This document shows positions 1 through 14,160 of a stretch of 64,000 bases of DNA, in pieces. Within the stretch, counting starts at the first letter, position 1; every line of letters starts with the position of its first letter. This stretch comes from the human T2T-CHM13v2.0 reference genome, Homo sapiens. The stretch lies in assembly GCF_009914755.1 (NCBI RefSeq), contig NC_060942.1. One strand, given 5' to 3'. Below the pieces are notes generated by a model that was not told the DNA's origin, searched no databases, and saw only the letters and a list, made by a program, of their open reading frames with translations. A program made the position numbers and the translations under genes.

Positions 1-952
1 AGATTGCAAAGAGTAAAGGAAGAAGCCAGAGAGAAATATAAAGAGAGAGAGAGCAGGGGAAAGTGGTTAGTAGGCTTTCCCCTAGTAGCAGCAGTCCAGG
101 AGAGGTCTCCCTTTCACACTCTGGTGGAAAGAAAGGCATTCCAAGGGGCCACCTCTACTTGGGCTCTAATTCCCTTGCTAGGCACAATGGAAGCTCCAGC
201 TCCAGAAGGTATGGCCCAGTAAATTATCTTTGAACTTGATCATTTCATAGCAACTGTCCTCTTTTCTGAATACAGTAACAGGTATGGGGAAGGAGACCCT
301 TGATCAGCGTTTCTCCAACTGAGATCCACAGATGGACTCAGTTTGCCAATTCCCTACCACAAAATTTTGGCATAAAATTTTCATTTCCATAATAATGTTT
401 TTATTTTCTTTTAAGCCCCAACATAAGCATACAATGGACTGTCTGCATAACCATCTGGTATCTGAGTCATGTTTCCTTATTTCACTGCCCCAGCTTGATC
501 TAGTTGGTAATAAGGAGTGCTACTTTGAATGACATTGACTAATGATAAAGGAACAGATGCCAACATAATACGCAAATAACGAGTTTGTGCATATGAAGAC
601 TTCAGGGCACATTGAATGAAAGTTTTGTAATCATTCCATCAGAGAAAAGTGGTGGGAAAACTTAGTCACCTGAAGAACACAGTGGCATCTATAGGCCAAA
701 ACCCAAACTATCTGACTAGTGTCAATTTGCATCATCACTTTGGGATCAATAATTTGGTTTCTAGGAAAATAATAATCTATAATAGCAATTTGACTTGACT
801 ACTGTTTAATAATTTGACTTGTATTTAACTTATAAATTTATTCAATGTTTATAATTACGTAAGAGCCGTAAGGTTAAAATGAGTTAAATGAGGTTAAAAT
901 GAGTTTTATGTTTTCACATATTTATGTAACATCAGAACAAGAATATAACACA

Positions 953-1250
953 GGTTGGGTGTGGTGGTTCATGCCTGTAATTACAGTACTTTGGGAGGCC
1001 GAGGCGGGAGGATTGCTTCAGTTCGGGAATTCAAGACTCAAGACCAGCATGGGCAAAATAGTGTGACATAGTCACTACTAAAAATAAAACAAAAAAATTA
1101 GCCAGGCATGGTGGTGCCTGCCTGTTATCCCAGCTACTCAGGAGGCTGAGGCTGGAGACTTGCTTGAGCCCAGGAGGTCAAGGCTGCAGTGACCTAAGAT
1201 GGTGCCACTGAACTCCAGCCTGAGCAACAGAGTGAGACCCTGTCTCAAAA
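953..1250 (+). mobile_element. Alu (AluJ-like)
   Basis: Dimeric Alu with central A-linker; aggtcaaggctgcagtg J-type right arm. Confidence 0.9.
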
Positions 1251-3539
1251 TAATAGTAATTCTTATTATTATTTAACTCAACACTGTGGAACAGAGTCCT
1301 CAGTAACTTTTTCCTTGAAAAAGAAATATATATCCTTTTTCAATTTTGAGAAACAGTTCTCTAATTTTCAGTCTCACCATCAAATTCTTTCTTCCTATGT
1401 GATGAGATTTCTGAGAAATTAATAAGTGTAAGTGTCTCTCATGACCCATCTTGAAATTCTTTCTCTCCTTGGCTTATGAGATATTATACCCTTCTGATTG
1501 TCCTTCTATTACTTTCCAGTTCTGTTTGGTATACCTTTTTTCTTGGATAGTTCCTCAAATGCTCTGTTCTCCCAGGTTCCATCTTTACATGCCTTTTCTG
1601 CTCGTTCTACCTGCTCCGCCTTGTCAATGTCACCTACTTACAAGCTTTAGCTACAGGAACTCACCCTTGCCCTCCAATGACAACATGGCTTGTGCGACAT
1701 TGGCAAGATCATCCTATATATGCTGTAGATAACCCTATAGCAGTTTTCCAGATGAAAGATCATACTCATTGGCTACTTCTGAGGTCTTGAGGAGGTCCTA
1801 AAACTAGTACCCCTGTCCCTCCTGAGTAGTGAAACTAATTAAGAAACAAGAAAAGGAATGAGAAAAATGACATCCAGAATAACTCCATCATGAGAAAGTA
1901 TCGCTTAGAGGATGTGTGAAAGCTGAATGGGCTTGTCACTGAATTCCAAAATTTAATGGCCAAACCTACCTTGCTGTAACGAGGCTGTCGACAGTCTCTC
2001 TCCATCCACTTCTTGAGGTCTGGCCTTTACTCTTACATTTTGTAACATGACCAAGAATAACCAAGAACAAATGTGCTAAGCAGGCAGGAAAATGCCAAAC
2101 AAAGAAGAAAAGAGAGGAAGGAGCTGAGCTACCAAGATCCTGTTCTTTCCAAATTCACCATTCACTCTATCTCTTCAGGGGATTGGGGAAAAAGACCACA
2201 AGTGTGAAGAGAAGAAGAAGGAAAACAACAACAACAACAACAAAACACTGTTGAAAAACAGGAGAAGAAAGGTGACATTCCCCTTTAATAGTAATATCAT
2301 TTGTGAGTGCTAAAAACTGTTTCCTTAAGTGTTGTTTCAAAATCATGTTACCCCATAAATATATATCTACTACCTACCCAGGAAAATTTTAAAAGAAATT
2401 TTAAAAAATTTTAAGTTAAAGTGTTGGTATTTTTTCTGAGAAGTTTGGAAAATATTCAGATGAATTAATACTAAATTTAGAATACCAGATTATAAAATCT
2501 AAATGGTCCAAAAAGATAGAAGGACAAGATATTGCCATAATATTTCAGTAAAGTAAAGCAAGTTTATAGATTTCACTGGGACATATATTGTAAAGGTAGG
2601 GGTAGCACAAGAAAAAGTCAGTAATGTGATTTAAAAGAAATATAATTTTATTCAGGTCTAGTTTTTGCCTAACCTTGTTTTATCATGAAACAGTTAAGAT
2701 AAGGAGATAATCTCTGAACATACTTCTTTTAAATGAGCCTTTTGTGACCATTGTGAGAATATATATATTTTCTTTGCCAAAGAACTATGACTTTAGAATA
2801 TGTGTTATTTACTCTTCCAAGATACAGCTGAATTGGAGGGGGATTGGGTTGTGCAGATGGCACTTTTTGCATGTCCCTTGCTCAGATAATTGGATTGTAG
2901 AAATAAAAGAAATAATCAGGATGTCAAATTTTAACATTCCTTTTACTCATGGATACTTTGGTGTTGCTCTTATTTCCATAGGCAGAGGGCAGATGATTTT
3001 CAGCCCCATAGAAATAGCAGAATGTGCAGGCTACTAACTTCGCTTCCTTGAACTAACATTATGATATCATCACCGGATTCCTCAGCACAACAGCCTGTTC
3101 TTAACTCAGTTCCGAATGTTTTCTCTCACTATCATCTCGATCACTTCCAAATGTTTTCTCTCACTATCTTCTTGATCAGGCCATCCCATTCTTAGGTTCT
3201 TACTGTGCCTTCTCACTTTGTCTTAAACAGATAAAGTCCTTCAGCTGATTACATTTCAAATGCGTCACCAGGTTGGCCAGAACGCGTCGGTTTCTTCCTA
3301 TCTTGTTTCTTCCACTTTTTTAAATAAAATAGATTTTTCTAGGAGGACACTATTTAACTTTTCAGCACATATCTCCAAGTTTTTTTTCTAGGTACATAGA
3401 AGCCCTGCTTTCTGTATATTGTACCATTTTCTTATTCCTTCAAGACATTTTAAGGGTCTTTCCTGCCCGTATACACAGAGATTCCAAACAGCTTTCCTAT
3501 GTTTTACTCATTAATATGGGCAGCCAGGATCTCCAGGCA

Positions 3540-5280
3540 TTTGAAGAAAGCCTTTAACATGGAAAAACAGCGCAAGAAAAAAAAAAAAAAAAAACACAGC
3601 GGAAAAAATAACTTTGGCAGAAACAGAGGAAACAAAGGGAACTGAAGAAGCTTTTAAAAAATCTGATGATATAACATTATTCAGAGATTAACATACTCGG
3701 AAGATCCTTTAGGATGAACCAGACAATGTTAGAAAAGAACAATTGGACGGGCGCGGTGGCTCACGCCTGTAATCCCGGCACTTTGGGAGGCCAAGGCGGG
3801 CTGATCACGAGGTCAGGAAATTGAGACCATCCTGGCTAACACGGTGAAACCGTCTCTACTAAAAATACAAAAAGTTAGCCGGGCGTGGTGGTTGGCGCCT
3901 GTAGTCCCAGTTACTAGGGAGGCAATGGCATGAACCCGGGAGGCGGAGCTTGCAGTGAGCCCAGATCATGCCATTGCACTCCAGCCTGGGCAACAGAGTG
4001 AGACTCGGTCTCAAAAGAAAAAAAAAAAAAATTGGAGGATAAGGAAGAGCTCTTAGAAATGTAACTATAATAGCATAATTTTTAAAAAAAATCAGTAGAA
4101 ATATTAGAAAATCGTTAAGAAAATCTCCCAGAAAAGGATGTTAAAAAAAAAAAAAAGGAGATCAAACAAGGAGGTCCAGAAACCTTGTTTGATTTATTAT
4201 TCCTTGTCCAGAAATAACAGACATTCCAGAAACAAATAGCAGACATAACATAGAGAAATGATTTTTTTCTAATTAAGGAATTTTTCTTGACATGAGTCCT
4301 CTAGATTGAAAGGCCCACTGAGAACCCAGCATAATGAAGAAAATGCAATCCCACGCCTACATGCAATGTCATGAAACTTCAGAACATCACAAATAAAGGC
4401 CATAAAAGCTTCAGAGATAAGAAAATGCGCATGTAAAAGATTGACAATAAGAATATCGTTGAATTTCTCAACAACACTGAAAGCTACAAGGCAAAGAAAC
4501 AATGCATTTACAAATTTGCTTTTAAATTATTTTCAAACTAGGATTCTATACCCAGTCAACAATCATCCTCAGAACTACAAGGTAGATCTCAAAAAATATG
4601 TTTCTCAAGCACCCTTCCCTAGAAAGCTGCTGGAGGATGTGTTCTACCAAAACAAAGGAGTAAACTAGATTTATGAAGGTGAGAGATCCAGGCAAGAGGG
4701 ATTCCAGCACAAGAGAGAGGGAAAGAACCCCAGGATGATGAGGAATGAAGCTCTTAGCTGCACAACAGGCCTGAAGAGCAATATTCCAGGTTAAAGGAAG
4801 AGGACAGAGGTTACGGAAGGCACATCTCTAGTGGGGAAAAAAAGAGGATTGGTTATCTGTGCTGATGGCTATGTAGAAAATTATATTAAAAAGCTCTTGG
4901 AGTGTGTGGGGAAAAGATCGGTGATAGTTACATAGAATACTAAGAAAATTTTAAAAAGAGGTCATCATTGAACTTTGATGAAATTCTTTGATGAACTTCC
5001 TTGATGAAGGGAAAAAAGAAAAGAAATATAATCATGGTCATAATATAGTGATATTTTGTAGTATGTAACGGTGGTTAAGTGATTGAATCAAAAATTAGAA
5101 AGGTGAACCTACACTAGAGGAAACAGCTAAAAAAGCAGAAATGTGTTACCTCGGGGGAGTGGGACTAAGAAATAAAGAGATGCAACAAGGTACTGCATAT
5201 TTCCTTTATATACTTCCATTCTTTAACTTTTTGAACCATGTGCCTGTATTATTTTGAATAAAATTTGACAATTTTAAAAA
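3540..5280 (+). mobile_element. Ancient L1M fragment(s) (ORF1-like and 3' parts), interrupted by an Alu
   Basis: A-rich; aaattattttcaaactaggattctatacccagtcaa resembles the end of old L1 ORF1; boundaries approximate. Confidence 0.6.
3745..4031 (+). mobile_element. Alu (AluY-like), small deletion in right arm
   Basis: gatcacgaggtcagga..accatcctggctaacacggtg, gcggagcttgcagtgag diagnostics; poly(A). Confidence 0.92.
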
Positions 5281-5354
5281 ATTGTAATGTGATTTTCTTT
5301 TGGTACCTTCACTAACAACCTAATGATATTAAGGTTAATTATCTCTTTTTCCTG

Positions 5355-5580
5355 AGTGGCTATTACATGCCAGCCCCTGTGTTAGACACTATGCATGCAT
5401 TATGTTTAATCATCACAACACCATGCAAAGTAGATATTATTATCTTCAGTGTACAGATGAGAAAACTAAGGCGTTGAAAGATTAAATTACCCATCGCTGT
5501 TTACCCAAATGACAAATAATAAATTTGAAGTTGAGCCTAGGTCCATCTAGTTTTAAAACCTAGGCTCTTTCCATTACACA
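5355..5580 (-). mobile_element. MIR
   Basis: acagatgagaaaactaaggc is the reverse complement of the MIR core. Confidence 0.75.
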
Positions 5581-6303
5581 TCGTGGGTAAGTACAACTAT
5601 ACATTTCTTTATATGAAATTTTAATTTTTGTACGGTAACTAATTATTCCCTGTGTGCACTTTATGTACATTTGAGTCACTGTTGTTTGTGATGGCGTTAT
5701 TCCTTAAATCGACATTTTCAGCATGTAGCTTAATATCTTCTTCAGGCTCCTAGTATATAGTACTGGAGTACTCTTCCTGTTTTTCCTTTAGCTGACCTGA
5801 GGTTCAGAGATTGCTCTCGGCTGTAATTCTGAGCCAAAATAAATTTTTAGCACTGAGTGATAGCTCTGAACTGTTCATGGTGTTTACTGGCAAGTCTGAT
5901 TGCTTGGTGAAGGCAGAATAAAAATACCTGTTAAAGAAGGAGAGTTGTGTCTAGAAAATCAGAGTCCCTGTAGGCTCAATGACTACAAAGCTGAATATTA
6001 GAGCAGCAGTCTTACCAGAGACAGAGAGGAAAGCTTGCTCTTTGAGTGAGAATTATGCCCTCATTCCTTCCCCTTACTCATCTCCTTCATCTATTAATCA
6101 GGGAGTTCTAATATAGGAGTTTCATGAAGATAAAAGTAAATAAAAAGATTAAAGCAATATCAAAACATTTAATGAGAAATATTTTTTCTTTAAAAGACAT
6201 ATAAACAGAAATGTTTGCAAATGTTTCTAAACATGCCATTTGTCTAGAGTAAATACATAAGAAGATAACACTTCTTGGAATCTAGTAGCAATGTTTTAAA
6301 ATT

Positions 6304-6509
6304 GCTCAAGCAATCCCCCAGCTTCAGCCTCCTGAGTAGCTGGGACCAGAGGCATGTGCCACCATGCCTGGCTAATTTCTATATTTTAAATTTTTCTGTA
6401 GAGACAAGAGTTTTGCTGTGTCGCCATAGCAAACTTCTGGCTTAAGCGATCCTGTTGCCCCTGACTCCAAAAGTGCTGGGATTACAGACATGATCCACTA
6501 TGCCTGGCA
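6304..6509 (-). mobile_element. Alu fragment (AluJ-like)
   Basis: cagcctcctgagtagctggg...aaagtgctgggattaca. Confidence 0.85.
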
Positions 6510-7061
6510 TCAAACTAATTATAGAGAGAAATGGAGAATTAATAGATGTATGAAAATATGAAAAGATAAATTTGTTCTTATTTTAGCATATATCTTCTGC
6601 AAACTTTTCAAAGCCAAATCATGATCTATCACAAAGGAAACAAGTAATTAGTGAAACCACAAATTAAAAAATGATGAATTTTACAGTTTTAAAAATGAAT
6701 AAAAAATTATATGGTTGCCATATAGATAAGAAATACTTTCATTAAACATTGTTATTTTTCTGAAGAATAGGCAAAACAGAGACTTTTAAAACAGTGCTTC
6801 AGGGGAATTTTTTGAGGCGTTTCCCAAATGCATAATTTTTTTAAAGTCCAAGTTTTAGCTTTCTGTATACTTTTCATTTTAAAGCAATCTCAAACTTCCG
6901 GAAAGATTGCAAGAACATCTGTTTCCTCACCATTTTAAAACAAAATTGCTAACATGACCTTCTATAACCCCAAATATTTTAATTTGTAATTCTTACAAAT
7001 AAAGACATTCTCCTCCTTAATAATGGCAATGTAACCATCAAAATAAAGAAATTAAAATTGA

Positions 7062-7424
<363 letters not shown>

Positions 7425-7816
7425 ATCCATCAACTTTTAACTTATTGGAGGTCATTTTATGCTGCTGGCTTAACTCATTTTTGCATAGAGCTTAGCAAGC
7501 AGTTTATTGTTTTCCTCAGGTTCTTAGTATAATATTGAAGGACTCTTCATATTGTATTTTTCTCTAACTGAGCTGCATTTCAGAGATTATGCTCAGCTAT
7601 AATTCTGAGCTTAAAGAAATTTTAACACTGAATGAGAACACTGAACTGTTCTCAGTATTTATTTGCCTGGGAATAAAGCATCTGTGTTAGTTTTCTTTTG
7701 CTAGATAACAACTTACCACAAATTTAGCCGCTTAAAGCAACACACATTTGTTATTACACAATTTACATGGGTCAGGAGTGTGGAAATGGCTTCACTGGGT
7801 CCTCTACTAATGGTCT

Positions 7817-9936
7817 TGTCATGGGATCCTTGGGGCGTTTCTTTGCCAGCTGGAAACCTCTGTGGTTAGTGGCGCCTTTGCCCGAGTTTTGCTCTGGCCC
7901 ACTGGGCTTGTTCCGCCCACTCGGCCTGGCAGGCTGCGCTCAGCTTCCACTACCAGCCTGGATCCCATGTCTGCCAAGGGTGAGCCAGGCAAGGAGCAGT
8001 GAGGGGTTTGTGAGCAAGCGTGGGGTCTGGTCACTGCGCATAGCCAGGCATGCTGGCTGCAGTGGGGCGGGCAGCTCCAGGCCCAGCACAGGCACCGGCT
8101 CCCTGCGATGCTGCAGCTAAACCAGGTGTACCATAAGCAGCTTCCACAGCTGACACCGGGGAATGCAGTGGTGCCCAAAAGCTTGGAAACACCAGGAACC
8201 ATAGATCCCTAAAGAGGGTGTCACAGCCCCAGCTTGGGGAGCTTCTAGGTCTGGGATCCCTGAAGGGTTGCAGCTGTTCTCTGCTTCTCTCTTCTAGTCA
8301 CCCTCAATGTGGCGAACAAGGGACATGTTTCAGCCCTGCTTGTGTTACAGCTCTTTTTAGCCCTGCCATTCAGCGGGTCCTGAGTTCTTGTCCTGCATCC
8401 AGGAAGAATGAGGTATGCAGACAAGTGGAGGATAAGCAAGACAAAGAGGAGCTTTATTGAGTGATGGAACAGCTCAGAGGAGACCCACAGTGGGTAGCTC
8501 CTCTCCATAGCCAGGGTGCCCTGATGAGTGTTCAGCTCTCAGCAGAGAGGGTAGCTCCTCTCTGCTAGGCAGATTTTCCCTGTGAGTGCTCAGCTCTCAG
8601 TAGAGAGGGTACCTCTTCTCTACAGGCAGGTTATACCAATGAGTGTTCAGCTCTCAGCAGAGAGGGTAGCCCCTCTTGGAAGCTGGTTGTCCCGTGTCTC
8701 TCCATCCTCACCTCAAGTCTAGCTGAATGAGGTGGGGGTATGGGCCTCAGGGGGAGGAAGTGTGGGCTGATTGGTCTATGGGTGGCCATGGGCGGGCCCG
8801 GGTCAAAGCACCACAAGTTCCCACTCTGGCCCCAGGGATGGGCAGCCTGGCCCCCAGGCTTCAGGCCCAATGGGCTTGAAGGTGGCGCTTCACCAGGGAC
8901 CCACCCCCTTCCATCCAGGAGCCTGTCTGCCTCCTGCCATTGTTCATGATGCCCAGGCTGTTCATGCCAAGGGCCGCCTGCAGGCCAGTGCTGGGCTGTC
9001 CTCAGTACCCCCTTGGCCTCTCTCTCATGTTTGTCGGCACCCAAAGTCCGGAGGGGTCTGAGATGGCAGGTGCTGCTGTGTCAGCACTGCCCCAAGCCTG
9101 TGCACACCCTGCCAGGCTGCAACAGCACTCGGGTTCAGCCCCAACTTTGCTTCAAGATTGGATTGGGCAACCGGAGTGGGAGCCAACAGTGGGGAGAAAC
9201 CAGACAGTGGGAGCAGGCACTTCCAAGCCTGCAAGGGAAGCGGCGGCTCCCTGGGTCCCCAAGAGTGCAGAGATCCCTGGGCCCATAGCCACAGCTTTTG
9301 TGGCTGCAGCTGTGCCTGGGAGGGTAGAGCTCCTGCCTGCTCCTGGCTCCCAAGAGCACAGGGGTACCTGGGTGGCAGCCGTGGCTTGGGCAGCTGCCGT
9401 TGGGCCTGGGGAACTCCTGGCTCCCAAGAGAACAGGGGTGCTCAGGTCACAGAAGGCTTGAGCGGCTGCAGGCGCACCTGGGGAGCTCCTGCCCCACCAA
9501 CTCAGAAGCGGCGCAGCTTCCACTTGTCCCCGGCTCCAGCAGGCTCAGTGGAACCCCGTGCAGCCCTGGCGGTGCCTTCTCTTCACGTTTTCCCCGCAGT
9601 GCGTTGGCCCCGGCCATCCCCACACAAATGAACCCAGTGCTTCCAGGGCTGGCCCTGTGAGTCCCGGCTGCGCCCTCAGCTGGGTGCTCGTGGGCTCCTG
9701 GGATGCAGCGGGCAGTGAGGTTGAGGTCACGGTGGAGGCTCCAGACCTGGGAGCAGGTCCTGCCCAGCTGTGCGAGGTAGGGGTGGCACATTTGGCTGCG
9801 TCGGAAATGCGGGGCACAGAGCACCCACCGCCACTACTGCTGCTCCCACAGCCACCGCTGCTGCCACTGCTCGTGCCTCCCTGCTGCAACCAGCATGATG
9901 GTAGCAGCCGCTCTGGACGGCCTGCCATTGCCATCA
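7817..9936 (-). mobile_element. MER52-family (likely MER52D) ERV1 solo LTR, 2120 bp
   Basis: TG...CA termini, 4-bp TSD GTCT (7813-7816 / 9937-9940); begins tgtcatgggatccttgggg; internal cagctctcagcagagagggtagc repeats; GC-rich. Confidence 0.85.
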
Positions 9937-10073
9937 GTCTCATTTCTGAATATTATGCTCTTGGGTGTATTGAAGGTATTGACAAGGGCTACAGTCTCAT
10001 CTGAGGCTCAGACTCCTCTTCCAAGCACATGTGGTGGTTAGCACAGTTCATTCCTTGCAGCTACCGAACCCCC

Positions 10074-10360
10074 TTTTTTGAGCCAGGATCTCACTCTGTT
10101 ACTGGGGCTGGAGTACAATAGCACTATCACAGCATACTGCAGCCACAACCTCCCCGGCACAGGAGATCCTTCTGCCTCAGCCTCCCGAGGAGCTGGGACT
10201 ACAGGCACAGCCACCACATCCAGCTAATTTCTGTATTTTTTGTAGAGACAGAGTCTCACTATGTTGCCCAGGCTGGTCTCAAATTCCTGCACTCAAGCAA
10301 TCCTCCTGCCTCAGCCTCCAAATGTTCTGGGATTACAGATGTGAGCCACTACATCCGGCC
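10074..10360 (-). mobile_element. Alu (AluJ-like) inside MLT1
   Basis: Antisense Alu consensus. Confidence 0.88.
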
Positions 10361-10674
10361 AGCTAGCTATAGAATTCTTGATGGTTTGTTTCTTCAAGAC
10401 CTGCAGGAGAGCCTCTGACTTCCATCTGGATACCCTTTGTTGAAAGGGGTCATCTGGTTAAATCAGGCCCACTAAGGATAATTTCCCTTTGATTAACATA
10501 AAGCCAACTAACTGGGGACCTTAATTACATCTGCAAAATTTCTTTACCTTTGCCAGCTGACATAATGTAATCACAGGAGTGATAGCCCACCACTTTTGCC
10601 ATATTCTATTCGTTGAAAGTTATTTAAAGGTTCTGCTCACACTCAAAGGGGAGGGGAGTATACAAAATCTATAG

Positions 10675-11065
<391 letters not shown>

Positions 11066-11694
11066 AAAGTTTTTGTATTGCTTTAATGGTTATTGACTGT
11101 TCTGACTTAGCTTTTTGTTTTTTCTCGTCAATTTTAATTTAGGTTTTTGCATGTCTGAACACATAAAATTGTACAACTAAAAACACTCTTAGAACATGTG
11201 GGTACCATTGTGAATTATCAGTAACAAGTAAATGTACAGCATATTGAATTGTGATGTTTTCACATTAGATCAGTTTGACATTTATTTTAAATTTTTGTGT
11301 TTCTTCCCCGAAATTTTTTATAAGGAATGAAATCAATTGTTAGATATCCTTAGTAATTCAATTTAGAGGCAAATATTTGTTGTCATCCTCTCAAGCTTCT
11401 GAATCAGTTTAATTGAAGAGTATACTCAGTTTTCAACTGGCACTGGTGAAAAAAAAGAAAAAAAAAAGAGAAACAACCACCACCATTTGGAACTTCTTGT
11501 TTGTGTGAATCTGGAATTTCACACAGACAAGATATAGAAATGAATGCTGATGCTGATACATCACCAACGGTCATCCACAAACTCTCCTTGGGAAATCGTG
11601 TGGCCATTATTCTCTAGTTACATTATTTTTATTAAGGATTACAAAGTAAATACATAGTCATAAAATTATTCTGTTATGCACAGCGGGGTGGTGA

Positions 11695-12028
<334 letters not shown>

Positions 12029-12943
12029 TGAGGTGGGTGTTTTGAGTGAGATTTTGGAAATTTTGCTTGACTAAAGGGTCTGTTGCCTGAAAAACATTTG
12101 AAAGCCACAAAACAATTTGAGCAATGATAGTAGTGTATTGGGAAGCCTGGACCTGTAGCTGGTAAATGAATCTAAGAAATTCAGGAGTCTCATCAAGTAA
12201 TAATTACATTCAATTCCTCCTTCGATTACAGCGCTATTTTATAATTTGACCATATCTACCTAGTCTGATAACAGGACTGCTGACGTCACCTCTTTAACCT
12301 ACAGGTTTTTTGAACCCACTTAGGATCACATTCATATTCTCCTACAGTGACACATGATAACCCATCTTGTGTGGCTGATTAAGCCATACATCTGAATAAA
12401 TAACTCTCCTACCACCAAGAGCTGACTATATGCATTTTATCAGACAAGGTCTAGTCTTGACTGTCAGCTATAGTTTTAGTCAACTGTAGGCTTCAAGATG
12501 TTCATGATACAATTTTCCAAACAGAGAAAACAAAGTAGATTCCTTGGTATAAGTGACAAAGATTCCTCCTCTGCAATGGGGCCAGGAAAGGACCTAAATT
12601 GAAAGATCCTGAAGTGCTAGCTTTTTCAATGTATTTTGTTGTTGTTGTTTTCGATTTTATTGAGGTATAATTGAAGTACACCAAACCAAACACATTTAAA
12701 GAGTACAGTTTGATCAGTCTTAACATATATACATACCATAGTCAAGGTAACAAACGTTTTCATAAGCCTCAAGTTTCCTTTGCCCCTTGGCAATGCTTCC
12801 CTGCCTCCAACCCCTTCTCCAGAGAGCCACTGAGCCTTCTGTAACCATCGATTAATTAGCATGTTCCAGACTTCTACATAAATGGCATTATACAGTACGT
12901 ACTTTTTTTTTTTTTTTTGGCCTGACTTTTTTCATTCAGCTAC

Positions 12944-13269
12944 TTTTTTTCTTTCTTTCTTTTCTTTCTTTTTTTTTTTTTTTTTGAGATAGGGTCTTGC
13001 TCTTTCACCCGGGCTGGAGTGCAGTGGTGCAATCACAACTCACTGAAGCCTTGACCTCCCAGGATCAAGTGATCGTCCCACCTCAGCCGCCTGAGTAGTA
13101 GCTGGGACTGCAGGTGAGTACCACCATGACTGGCTAATTTTTTCTGTACAGATAGAGTCTCACTATGTTGCCGAGGCTGGTCTCCAACTCTAAATCCTGG
13201 ACTCAAGCAATCCTCCCACTTCAGCCTCCCAAAGTACTGGGATTACAGGCATAAGCCACAATGCCAGCC
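12944..13269 (-). mobile_element. Alu (AluJ-like)
   Basis: Full-length; TSD ttcattcagc.act. Confidence 0.92.
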
Positions 13270-13670
13270 TTCATTCAGCAACTTATTTTAAGATTTATCC
13301 ATGTTGTGGTAAACAGTGAACATCAATACTCTGTTCCTTTTTATTGTTGAGTAGTATTTAACTACATGGTTGTACCACAATATATCTATTCATATATTGA
13401 TGGACATTTGGATTGTTTTTGACTATTGCTAAAAAGCCTGCAATGAATATTTGCAATCTTTATACAAGCATATGTTTTCATTTCTTTTGGATAAATACCT
13501 AGAAGAGGAATGACACATAATAGATGTATATTGAACTTTTAAAGAAACTACCAACAACTTTCCACAGTCACTGCACCATTTTGCATTCCCACCAACAGTG
13601 TCTAAGTGTTCTAGTTGCCCCATATCCTCATCTTCATGTGGTAGAGTCAGTTTTTTTTTTTTTTTTTTTA

Positions 13671-13812
<142 letters not shown>

Positions 13813-13903
13813 GTTTAGCCTTTCAGTGGGTGTGTGTATTGGCATCTCATTGTGATTTTAAGTTACATTTCCCTGATGACTAGTAATGTTAAGCGTCTTT
13901 TCA

Positions 13904-14017
13904 GGGCCGGGTGTGGAATCCCAGCACCTTGGGAGGCCCCAAGGTGGGCAGATCTCTCGAGCCCAGGAGTTCAAGACCAGCCTGGCCCACAGGGCAAAAC
14001 CCTGTCTCTACAAAAAA
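13904..14017 (+). mobile_element. Alu left monomer / FLAM
   Basis: ggccgggtgtgg...gagttcaagaccagcctgg..ctctacaaaaa. Confidence 0.82.
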
Positions 14018-14111
14018 TCAACCTAAAGAGGGGATAGTTTTTAAACCCTTTTGGTCTTTACCATTTGAATAATGAAGAGTTCTGTTCTCCTCTTTCAGAG
14101 ACGCTGTATTT

Positions 14112-14160
14112 ACACACACACACACACACACACACTCTCTCTCTCTCTCTCTCTGTCTCT
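14112..14160. repeat. Compound microsatellite (AC)n(TC)n
   Basis: Directly visible. Confidence 0.95.

Noticed and set aside
4-532. Short ORFs at the window start
   Set aside because: Short, the first lacks an ATG start, no splice or domain support
8470-8700. ~57-bp period repeats resembling a repeat-spacer array
   Set aside because: Internal tandem repeats of the LTR; the 'spacers' are related to each other and the context is eukaryotic, so not CRISPR
7767-10004. Dense overlapping ORFs of 70-173 aa on both strands
   Set aside because: All fall within the GC-rich MER52-type LTR; stop-codon scarcity explains them, and no recognisable domains are present
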